A stretch of 64,000 bases of DNA from Klebsormidium nitens (taxonomy: Eukaryota > Plantae > Klebsormidiophyceae), in NCBI GenBank assembly GCA_000708835.1, contig DF237393.1:13324-77323 (forward strand), written 5' to 3'. This document shows, piece by piece, positions 26,301 to 37,700 of this stretch. The position numbers and the translations under genes were made by a program. Position 1 is the first letter of the stretch. Each line of letters starts with the position of its first letter. The notes under the pieces were generated by a model. That model saw only the letters and a program-made list of their open reading frames with translations. It searched no databases and was not told the DNA's origin.

Positions 26301-29300
26301 GAGAGCTGACGTGGAGGCGAGGGGGCAGGGGAGACCGACGGAGGAGGAGTCGTCGTAACCTGGCAAATGATGGTGGTTAGTGGGGAGGCGCGGAGACACA
26401 AATCATCGGTGTAATAGGCTCGGAACCTGTGACTCTCTCACTTGCAGGTACGCGGAAAAAGGGGCTTCAAGATAGCTAAAAGCAGAACAAAAGTGTAGAT
26501 TAGCTGAGAGTAGTTGCTTAGATGGCAAATTGGTTGATAAGACTGGCGGTTGGAAAGAAATGTTGCTTCCTGTTCAGACACAGCTTCGCGAATGTGTAAC
26601 GTGGCCACATTTGCAGCAGAATGATTGAAAGTACACAAAAGAAGTCTTCTGAGCATCGGTCTACGCCACCAGAACCGGTTGAAACAGCTCCGAAGTCTTG
26701 CTCCAAACAATGACCCGCACCAGTGCTCGGAAAGCCACTCAAAACAAGTTAAGATTTTTGAGTCACTTCAAGCCGCTTACCTTCCCCCAAAGATAAGGCC
26801 ATAATCTGCTTCTCCCGTTCAATCTGTGCCTGCCGTACACTTCTCACGATCTGAACATTGTGCGTCAGGACCGCCGTCTCGTCGACGTAGACTTGCCGGA
26901 AGCTGCCGCCTTGCCCCACGGAGTCCGGAGCGAACGATGGCCGCATGGCAACGACGCCAAGAATCTCCGCCCGCAGGCGAGCAGCGCCGTTCGGAGAGCT
27001 GGACGAAAACGAAGGGTCCCAGATCAAAGGCCAGCTCGTTAGCTGAGATATAAATTTGGGGGCTAAGCCCGAGACAAAGGAACCTTCAGTGAGACGACGG
27101 AGCAAGAAACCAATTCTCAGAAGAGGAACAAGCGTAAAGATCCAAGAGACCTGATCAATTGACGTGTGAGAAGATTCATATACGCACGCACATATGACAA
27201 GCACCCGGGTTCTCAAATCCTCCAGATGCTTCGAGGGTGAAATATCAGCTTCTGTTCCTTCCGGCTCAATGTGTCAATGATCTTGTAGTTAGTCCCCTGA
27301 GATCACCCCTTTTCCGCTCGGCAAGACAGTCGGAGAATCAATGATTTGAGTGTGAATGGATATCCAGGCTTTTTGAGGCCTAGTAAGTATGGCATACGAC
27401 GCAGCACTGACCTGAGGGCATGCTGGTAGGCCGCAAAGAGAGACATGACCAGGTCCAGCTTTGCCGACATGTGCTGCGTCTCTAGTTCGAGAAATTCCAG
27501 CAACACCGCCCGCCTGTCAAACGCCCTGCAGGAAATGGCAGCTTGCTTATTCAGGTTGGATAGCAAGGTCTTTCTTCACACTGCTGGTGTTACGGAATAA
27601 TCGTCCATGTCCTTCATACGTCCGATATAGAAACCCTATCTTGCACCCCTGTCAAGGATGAACTACATGCCAGACAGCTCGATCCTTCTTTATGTAAGGA
27701 GAGAGTAGATAACATACAATTTTCAGCAGCCAGGAACGCTGATACAAAACGTGCTTCTGGGAGGTTCTTTCATCAAATTCAATCCACATGCGCTTGACTG
27801 GCCGTCCAATTTGCGGCAACCTCAGGCGGTCTTCTTCTTTCTCACATTTTTGGCATCGAAGGATAAACGTCGCTGTCAGCTTCAAGGAACCCCGTACCAG
27901 TCAGTACCAGCCAAAACCAAGTGCCGCTCGTGTGAGAGGATTGCAAAAGAATGAGAACACGAGAAAACGCAATCACAACTGTTTCACCCGAGCGCGAATG
28001 CTGATAAGGTCATAAAGAGGTAGAAAGATCTCAGAGCTTAGATGCTGGCACTTTGTCAACAACGTACCTTCTATCTTCTGCTGAGTCCGCCGCGGCAGCC
28101 TCGATTTGCTCCATTCCTCGAAAGATTGCACCGGTTGCAATTTTCTGGATTTCCACCATCAGCTCCTCAAACCGCGCGAGTGCGTCGGCGTAAACGACCC
28201 GCACGCCTCTCCCGTCTTTCACTATTTGACAGCCCAGAACCGCGTCAAATTCGTACATGTCGTCCCACTCAGAAGACTTGCGTTCCTGGCTTGAATTGTC
28301 GTCCGCTCTTTCGGCGGCCCCGGCCTCCTGCTTGCTATTGTGGCCATTGCTGGCCCCCTTCGATCGTTCAACGTCCGAACGTCTCGATGGCCGCTTGCTG
28401 ACGTCACCTTCGTCCGCATCACTTCCACTGGAGGCTCCGGAGTATCTTCGGCTGGCATCTGACCGGTGCGTCTCCCCTCCCTCTCCTTGGTAAACAGCCG
28501 AAAAGTTTCTGCCTCCCGAGACTGTTCGGTTCCTCGAATTGTGGCCACTACTAGTTCCGCCTCCGTCCAGATTAAGCCCGGAGCTTCTTCCCGGGCGGAA
28601 CGGCGCCGGCATATCTTCCGACTCCGGGAGAGAAGCTACCGGCGACTCTGACTTCATAAACCGGTCCACGAGTTTCCGCATCTCTACCTGCACCTGCGCT
28701 ACCTTAGCCGCCTCCGGCCTGCACTCCCGTCGGAAGTCTTCCGCCAGCCGCTTTTGAACGGAATGAAAGACGTTCACCGAATGCAACAATCGCAGCTTGA
28801 GCCGCCGCGACTTGAGCAACTGCAGAATGTACAGCGTCTCCAGTTTCCTGCTCGGCATTGTAACTTTCACCCCTTCCCCTGCCGTTTCCTCAACCGATTC
28901 CGCTACGCTCGATTCCGCCGGCGTCATGGGCCTCGAGCTGCTGACGTCTTTCGACGTCTTTCTACCGGGAGCCTTTGCCGGCGGCTTGTTCGGCAGCGTT
29001 TCCGCGCGCGCGCGGCCGCTCACCGGCCGCGACCGGTCGCCTTTCTTAGGGGAATTTGGGGAGGCGAGCGTCGCGGACCGGTCGCGCTCGGCTTCCTGGA
29101 TCTGGAGGGGTTTTGGGGGTTTGGGCGCATCCGTGTCCTCGCGCACCTTCTGAGCCGCGGCCGCGACCTTGGCGCTCTGCAGAAACTGCTGCTTCAACTC
29201 TTCGACCCCGGCAGTTGCCGCTAGGCGGCTGTGCAGCTTGGCGAGCTCTTGCAACCGCGCCGAAACGTCATCGCGGGAGGAGACCCCGAGGAACTCGATC

Positions 29301-32300
29301 TCCGCTCGGAGAGCCGTGTCGACGTCTTTTACGCTCTTCAACCAGGCCACGTGGCCGGGCATATGCGCCCAGCCCGGGGGAGCCATCACCGACCGCAAGA
29401 GCTCGTCCTCTGGGCTGACGTCTTTTGACTCGTTGGCGCTCTCTTTTGCGATTGGGAGAAGCGACTGCGCGGGTATTGGAGTGACATTAGTGGCCGCACT
29501 GTGGCTTACGTCGAGGAACGAGTTGTTCGTCGACAAGCCGCCAGCTCTATGCGTTTCCACCGCAAACGCGTCAGTTTCCCGCACAAGGTAGAACGCTTCC
29601 CGCTCGAACTCCTCGGAGTTTTCAACCGGTTGCTCTTCCGTGTTTCTCACTCCCGGAAAAGCGACCGGGTAGGGCTCCAACCGTGTCCTCTTCTCCTGTG
29701 CCTCGAAAAGCTCCGGAAAGGAGTCTTTCACGCGCATGAGCAGCTGAGTCCCCTGCGCTTCCAGCGAGTCACTCGGCCTTTCCTCGGCGCTTCCTCGGTT
29801 GTCAATGCTTGTATCAGACCGTGCGCATTCCGTCTCGAAACCAAACTCACTTGCGAGTCCCCCTAGGCTTGCTTCCACCTCTTCTAACGTGGCCGGCTGC
29901 CGTGGAAGCCCCTCAAACCCCTGGCTTGTCTCCGCTGCTTTCCGCTCCCTCTCCTCCGTTAGGTTCCGGCGGACTTCCTCCGCGAGCCGCCTCCCATCCG
30001 AGACGGGCAGCCACTCGAGCCGCTTCAGCAGCTGCCGGGTGCGCCGGCCGCAAGCTTGCTCGTACGTCCGGAACTTGAGCATCTCGCGCAAGTCCTCTGC
30101 GAAAGCCTCCTCGCCTTCTTCCGATAGTGGCTCCTTGAAGTCCCACCGGGACAGACTGGGGCTGCTAAGGGGGCTGCGCACAGGCGGAGAGACAGGGGAG
30201 CGGGCTGCTTGCGAGGGGACTTGCGCGCGCATTCTTTCCAGACGGATGCAGGCTGCAGACGCCTTTTCGATTGCGGATTCGTACCAGCTGGCTTGGGCTT
30301 GGAAGGCGTCGAAGATGACGGGAGAGAGGTCCGTCTCTGGTTCTGAAAAATGGCAGATAGAGCCCGTCGAATAAGAAACAGCGGTAAAATTTCTGCAGGT
30401 GACGGAAGAGAGGTCCGTCACTGGTGCTCAAAAGTGCAGATAGAGCCCCGTCAGATAAGAAGCAGCGGTAATATTTCTGCACTTTGTCATCTCTGAGGGA
30501 TTCTCGTAAGCGTCAAATCCATAGGCTAATGCACACCTTCCGTCCTCAAACGCACATATTGAACTCAAGTCAGGGTTTACGTGAGAAGATTTGTTGTACA
30601 TTCGGCTGTTCTGCCTGATGGCGCTTCAAAAACGGACATCCTGCAGATCAGTAGAACCTATGACCATCTCCAGAACAAGCTCAAAGAGCCAAGGTCGCTC
30701 ACGTGCTGCCAGAGTGGTGAAGTGCCGCACACACTGGGCGTGCATGACTCGCAGGCTGCTGAGCCTGCTCCGCATGAACTCGCGCACCTCGTCTTGTAAC
30801 TGTTTGCCAGAAACCGGACTCCGATACGCCTCCACCTGTCCAGCGTGGAAACGACGGTTACCTTCACTTTGCAACTCATACGTTAAAAGGAGCAACTTAC
30901 GAACCTAGACGGAGTTTTGATGCAATCCTGATGAGTGTTTCATATCACATGCTGTGTACTTAGGATAAAAGCCCAATGCGCAGACTCATCAGCTGCTTGA
31001 TTTCCGGCAGGCAGTGAAAACAGTATGATGATCGTATCATGGCCGCTTATGTAGCTTTTGGTTCCGAAAGACGCCTACGGGTGCGTTGCAGACTGTGCAG
31101 AGCGGACAGCTGCGGACTGACGGACCAAGATGGTATTGCAGCGCCAATCAAGCTTGAAGTCGTATCTCAGTACCCCAGGCTGGCGGTCTTAGGAATGCCA
31201 GGCAAGACCAGCTGTTCTAAGTTACCCCCTAATCAGTCCCCGTTCCCTGCTCTGCATCCATAAGCATAAACTGTCTCGCACACGGCCGGTTCCAGGTGGT
31301 TAGAAGAATTTGTCCAGAAGGACAAATGTTGTTGGTACATCAAGCAAGGCAATGAAAAGGGACGTCGGGACCAACCTGCTGCCAGAGCCTTTCGTGCAGT
31401 GGCCTTGCGACGCATGGCAGGGGCGCTGCCGTGAGCGCCTCCTGCCTGTGCCTCCTGTCGGCTCTGCACCGCTCCACAAGGTTGCCCTCCCTGGCAACTT
31501 CGGTGGAGAAGCCATTAGCCCCCCGACTCTGCGCGGGTGTTCCTGCGCTGGGCAGCCGGAAGGCCCCACCGGAAGCCTGGCAGGTGGTAATCAAGCTTCA
31601 GTGTTCCTGTTTGATCCCCTTGTCACAGGACTGAAGTCCTAATTCTGAAAGAACATGCATGGGATCAAGTGCACGTTGGCATCTGCAAGCCTTTTAAAAT
31701 AGTAAGTGGTTAAGCAACAGGCTTCGCAAAGCACCTGGAAGCTGGTACTCAAGGCCTCAGGGGCTCGTCAAGTCGGCGAGCCTCTGGAAGATGTTGCTCG
31801 AGAACAAGGTGTCACCGTATTGAAGGAGAGAGCGCAGAATCTTAAAAGTACTCACCTTCTTGGGAGAGCCATGAAGTGCTAGCAGCTCCTCCCGCTGCAC
31901 AAGGAGCTGCCCCGGCCTGGCCTCATACCCCTCCGCATCGGGGGTGGCAACAAAGCTGCCAAGGCTGCGGCAAAAATGCTGTTTGTTAGCTAGCACTCCG
32001 CCGTAAATGCATGTGGCGGCTCTGAGTACGTGAAAAGTGGGTGGTGTAGGCACAGCGCTTTGCCGTGTCTTAGGCAGAGCCCCGTAAACCAAAACTTCAC
32101 AGACGACTGAGGTTAGACATCAATGCTGGGAGGACTTACTGCTGTATGCTAGGCTCACCAATGCTGAATGGCGCTACTTGAAGATCAGGGGATAAGGCAA
32201 TGTCTTGCTTGCACAAACGAAGGCCTGCGATTACCTCTGTGTTAGAAGTACCTGACTTTGGACTCGCAAATGCAGCTAGGCAAGCCTTCCATGGGCCTCC

Positions 32301-32597
32301 CCACAGCAATGTGAGCGCTCCTCGCTTAGGCCAGATTTCAATCAAATGCCAGAAAACCAACAAATGCTCCCGGCCAACAGCAAGAATTCTCAATGTAACA
32401 GCATCAGAAAAAAAATTCATCTGGTACCAACAAGGGTGCCTAGGAGGAGGGAAAAAAATTGCGATCCACGACTTCCTAATTTGGCCATCTATCTAGGTCA
32501 GGTTCTTAAAATCTGCATATCTGCTTCTTTGACCAGAAGAGAGACCTTACCTTGTTGCAAGGTCCACATCCAGCTGGTCTAGCTTGTCGTGCGGCAT
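17363..32597 (-). CDS. Very large coiled-coil protein, CCDC162-like (~2800 aa, ~18 exons)
   Basis: A phase-compatible exon chain runs from ATG 32597 (MPHDKLDQLDVDL) to TAG at 17363, including large exons 28068-30342, 25009-25772 and 22330-24652 and last exon 17363-17924. Blocks LQLLKSRRLKLRLLHSVNVFHSVQKRL, DDMYEFD...IVKDGRGVRVVYADAL, FDRRAVLLEFLELETQHMSAKLDLVMSLFAAYQH and RLRAEILGVVAMRPSF resemble conserved blocks I recall from CCDC162/DUF4549 proteins. The C-terminal third is heptad coiled coil. The gene model is well supported; the family call is from memory. Confidence 0.7.
30316..30481. repeat. 84-nt-period degenerate tandem duplication spanning a splice acceptor of the CCDC162-like gene
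   Basis: AGAGAGGTCCGTC.CTGGT.CT.AAAA..GCAGATAGAGCCC.GTC..ATAAGAA.CAGCGGTAA.ATTTCTGCA occurs twice; the AGGTCC anchors are at 30327 and 30411 (offset 84). Confidence 0.85.
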
Positions 32598-34734
32598 TGT
32601 TGACGCCGGCTGCTTATAAAAGCACACAGAAGCTAGGTCCTATGTAGTTTTGACCCCATTTTTTCGCTCTTTTGCAGATGCGCTGAGACTCCGGAGTCAC
32701 GTATCAAACAGCTTGAATGCCCTTTGCTTCCAGGTTCCAGGCTGTTGAGCTTTTTGAGCTCCTACTCTACAGTCCAAGGACGACATTGCATGATGCAGCG
32801 CCCGAGACTCTACAATTTTGGCTCCTTTCAAACAAGACAGGCTGTAGGAAGCTCTGATCTCAGCATGCTTTATAAGGCTTCTTCGAAACAATCAGAGCTT
32901 CCGGTGTCGATCATTGACTTAAGATAGAAGCTGCGCATTGCTACATTCAACGCCTACTTTAAATGATAAAGGAGCTCGGCGAAATTAAAAGTGCCTGCAC
33001 ACACCCAACATGACATCTGCAGCCTGCTGGTCAGGTGAGTCATCTGCAGCCTGCAGCCTGCTCGAGTCGGATGTCTAGAGAGGTCCAGGAGACCGTGAGC
33101 ACGGGCAGGGCTGAGGGCTACCGTACCAGGCTGGCATGGTCACCGCATCCTATACTACCAGGTACCTACCTCATGCAATAGGTACATATGTACGGTTCAC
33201 TATTGAATCATTGCGGGCACGAACATGTACCCATGTACACATGTACCTGGACTCCTGGACCTGGAGTCATTGACAGTAAGTGATTACAAGTGCCCGAAAA
33301 TCTAATCGGTGCGCGCGTAGATAGGTTTGCACGGTCGAAAGAAGACGAGAAAATAATCGGACGGTCACGCTTCGGCCTCGCGGCTCTGCAAGGAAAGTAT
33401 AGAGCGTGTATAGAGCTACATGCTCGCTCTACTGAATCACGGGAAGTAATCACAGTGCCTCAGACGGGGCCTCACATTGTGCTCAGAACGTGAGGCTGGT
33501 GGCGAGCAGAAGCTTAATTCGTGTTCGGTATAATACCACATATCCGGGCAATTCTCACATGTTACGGCCTTAGGGCTGTGGTACCGACGAGCGAGGGTTC
33601 TGATCCATGAGCATAGTTGCTCGGAGCGGCGTCGCTCTTCAACATCCCCTCGGCAAGAGCTTACATGTACGCGCTCTGCTCACAGGTCTGCACGTGGCCA
33701 CCCCTTTGCAGCTTCTTTTTGGTCTGGACATCAGCAGACGATGCTAATTATCAATACTGCGCAAATGCCGAGCAAATGCCGTCACGGACCACATTACCAT
33801 GCTAAAACACACGATGGCGACTGCTCCGATCTGTTGAGGAGCAATGTCGTTCGAGCATTGGAATAATAAAAGTGGGCTCGATATCATCTGGAGTCATGGT
33901 CCGACGTAGGAGTCTATCACCTATCTCTACTACGAAGCGAACTGCTTGGTGGACGATATGTCCATGCGGTTGTGAAATTGATCACCTATCGAAGAAACAT
34001 TTAATCTTCTCTCCATATCACATGCAGCAGCACCATCTGGTCCTTGTACATTTGCACACAATCTGGTTACACCAGCTGCACGGCAGCTTCGAAAGTTGCT
34101 CGCAGCACAATGCTTGAGCTTGACAAATCGCTAAACTTGGACTGAATAATAGTACACCTCGTCATAGAGGTGATGGCGGGATCACACTTTCCCTACAGAT
34201 ACACGACAGTTCCTGAATATTAGCTGAATCAGATCATGCCAGCACACGTGGCGGCAGAGACGCGAGCACTAAACCAAATGGTTTGTGGGCTGACGGCGCT
34301 CCACTTCAAGTGCGTCTGATATTGGCTCCTTTTCCGCAAAAAACATTGAAGTTTTGATTTGGGCTGTCAAGAGGTCCGCTTCAGCAACTGCTCACAGGAT
34401 AAGCAAAGCCGAACCTTTTAGGGTAAGCAAAAAGGTAGTAGCTACTACGTGGGACCAATTTATTCGCCACCAACAATCGAAGCACCATCAGGACGAGCTG
34501 GACCATGGTATTGAGTAAGTTGGAGTGCCCTCAGAGGGCAACGTTTCTCGCTGTTACAAGATGGTCAAAGTCTTCCAAAATGGTAAACCAACAATTGGCA
34601 CCGCAAGAAGGTCACGACTGTCGTGAAATTTGAACGGTCTTAAAGGTTGTCAGCTCACAACTCAAGAAACGATGCGGACGCCCGGCTAACCTGAGTGTGT
34701 CCCGTCGTTCTCTATCGAGCACCGTGACAATCTA

Positions 34735-37700
34735 CTACTCAGCATTCTGTACGCTTCTCAAGTCGATAACGAGCGCTATTTGAAAGTAAACCTTGAAAAT
34801 CTTGCGCTCGGGGTACTCCCTGCAACTGAAAAGTAGTGCGAGTGTGACTGCTGAGCTCTTTATTCCTCCGGGTTCATCATATTGGCTCTCATGGTCATCC
34901 TATTTAAGATTCAAAGGCGATCGCGCGAGAATCATGTTTGTCGATCGGATCATCCTTTCTCAGGATCTTGCCAACGATTACGACATGAAACACCACCAAA
35001 ACGACACTCTGAGGTGTTGCACCCAAGGCAATAATCAAGAGGTCTTGTTCGACCTTGAAATCAGCAGATCGTGAGAGCCACCCCCTGCTAGAGATACGTA
35101 TTAATTCGCTCCGAAGAGGTGCAACAGATCGCCTCGCTTGTGTAGAACGGAGCAGATAGGTAACAATCTTTGGACAAGGGCTCATACCGCCAGCCGAGCC
35201 AAACATCAGACCACACCTTTCCAGTATCCGATTTGACACGGCAATCTGTGGCGTTCCTTACTCTATTCCAAACGTGACATGAGATCGAGATCATGACCGA
35301 TAGGTTTCAGGATCTCATCGGAACCATTTTGCTAATAGAGCTCTTGGCGAAGGATAGCCGCTCACCGATCTGTCTCTTCCGTTTCGTCCTCATCTTCGTC
35401 CAGTTCGCCGCTCGGAGTGGTCTCGGTGTCCAGCAAAACCCTCTCCATTCCTTTGAAAGCCACCACCTTCATCTTTCCTGCCTCGGCCGATTGCAACCAG
35501 CCGTGCATAGGCCGCGGCCCGTCCCCTGCCAGCCACTCAATGTCTTCGTTCGAGAAGGCGTAGCATGCGAGGTTCGTCCTGCCGTTCGCATCTGAGTAGG
35601 TGTCTCTGCACAGGGCATGTTTAAGGCAGCTTGAGACATGAGAACAAAAACTTGTGTATTAGGCTTTCGGATTCCGATTCCGCCTCGATACACGTACAAT
35701 TCTGTGATCATTTTCGTGCACTTAACCCCTCAGTCGCCCCTGAAGCTTACGCGGCAAGCTTACTAAGTCCGGTCGGCTTGTAGCCAGACCAGATGCTTCT
35801 CTTGGGAGGTTGCAGTCCAGCCAAAGTATTACGATGTGCCCACCTTGTGACGACGGCCATCAGCTCGCACCTCCGTGCTTCTGAGACAGTCTCGTACAGC
35901 TGCCAGTCACACCCCTTGAGGACGTCGGGGCTGAGCATGTCTTCCTGGGCGTAGCTGTGGCGCAGCAAAACTGCCACGTGGCTGCACGACGGCGCGAGCG
36001 CACGGAGGGCCGCGATTGCCGGTACGGGCCTCATGACGCCGGCTGGGTAGCGGGGCCCGGGCTGAAAGGTGCTCTGCACGATGCCAGATGGAAAGATAAG
36101 CGAGCGGCTCTGTAGAAAAGCGCTCAGCACAAAGACTTTACAGGATAGCTTTTTCGACTTCATCCAGCTTTTGAGCACGTTCTGCGATGTCCTTCCAGTC
36201 CTTCCAGGTCTGGACGCGGGCCTTTCCGTCGTAATTTGTGCGAGCTTACGTCTCCCTCCGACTTCAGGACGAAGCATGTAACATTTTAAAGAGTCACATT
36301 TCGAGTACTCTTAAAAGTAAAAGCTCCTATCTGGAGCAGGCAAGTGAGCGCAACACCCTGTGAGTGACCAACCTCTTAAGCTCCGCTTTAAAACAAAACA
36401 GGACCGCATCACGTACCTGTATCTTGGGATAGTACTCATCCTCCCTATCCGTGATCACTAGCGGCATCTTGGTGACCCGGTAGTCCGAGACCTCTCTCAG
36501 GTTCTTCTCCCGGTAGATCTTGAACGTGAGTGTCACCCTGTAACCCTTCTGGATCAGCTTAACCTCGTACGAGCAGTCTTGAGGAATGGCGGCCCACTGA
36601 ATGATGTCGTGTTTTCCAGAGAGCGGGGCGAAGTCGACGATGTGCTCAGCTCCCCCGCAGGTGACCACCATCTCCCCTGCAGACGGACAAAAACATCGAG
36701 TGCAGAACAGTGTCAAACAAGTGAGTCTACATTTGATTGAAGTGTTTCAAGTTGGATACCCCCTCTATTGGACGTGAGGTGCGCTTTTCGGGTCCTGGTA
36801 AGGCTCTTCAGCACCGCTTTGCGATTTACGCGACTTGTCAGAGGGACCATATGAGACTCGACGAGCATTGAAGCTGACGCTGGCAGATGATACGAATGCT
36901 TGTACATCAATAGCTCTTCATTGACGGTAGATGGATCCTTGGAGGAGCGGGATATCGTACCTCCTAAGTGCTCTGATGGAAGACAGACAACCAGTGTTCC
37001 TATCGTCTTCTGCACCTCGAAGCGGGTATCCGCATGATGCTTGAAGGACGCCCCCTCTCCGGAAACGTGGATCGTGGCTGGAACGACGTTAACGGGAACG
37101 CCGTGCGCAAACTGCTCTTTGATGCGGCTCAATATGGGCCTCAGAAAGAGGACCTGGAGAAAGAGAAGAGACCCGAAAACTCGAGACGGTTGAGAATCAA
37201 TGTTGTAAAAACCCTCTTTGGCGACTGATCGAGACGGAGATGCTCTTGCCAAGAAATAGGGTTCAGCGTTCAAAAGGGACGCATTAAACACGTGGTCCAA
37301 TTCAGGGCAGTCCGAGGGAGCGGGGACGACAGTACAGGTGCAGTGCGGAGCACCACTCCCTATGCTATCCGCTCCTCCGTGATTAGCTCACCTCGTTGTA
37401 TTGAGAGTCCCGATGCCTACTGAACCACTGTGTATCCTGCAGCTTCTCCAGGACTGCCAAGGAATGCACGCACCAGACGACGGGCCCGAAGAGCCAGAAG
37501 CGCGGCGTCGACGATCCCCCGCACTCACACTCATAAGAGAGGGACTCGGGAATGATCGGATAAGTCTCCTTTCTGGATGCGCGGACGGTCGTGCGGTGTG
37601 ATGGATGCTCGGTGAATGTTGGGCTCTCCTCCCGCACCTGCCGAACTATCAACTCGTAAGTCAAGCAGCCAGTCCTCTTGTTTGCGTGTCAAAACTCAAA

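Noticed and set aside
22340-30374. Many long plus-strand ORFs (e.g. 22919-23608, 29799-30374, 28797-29153)
   Set aside because: Antisense shadows of GC-rich exons of the CCDC162-like gene; no independent motifs or splice structure.
36285-36316. Short AAGAGT...ACTCTT inverted repeat flanked by TTAA-like sequence in an intron
   Set aside because: Too short and AT-rich to distinguish from chance.
37560-37670. LTYELIVRQVR resembles the LTYHILRER strand of the oxygenase and suggested a second 2OG domain in the fourth gene
   Set aside because: The best phase-compatible model places it in an intron, and no accompanying HxD or AAF-DC motifs are nearby.
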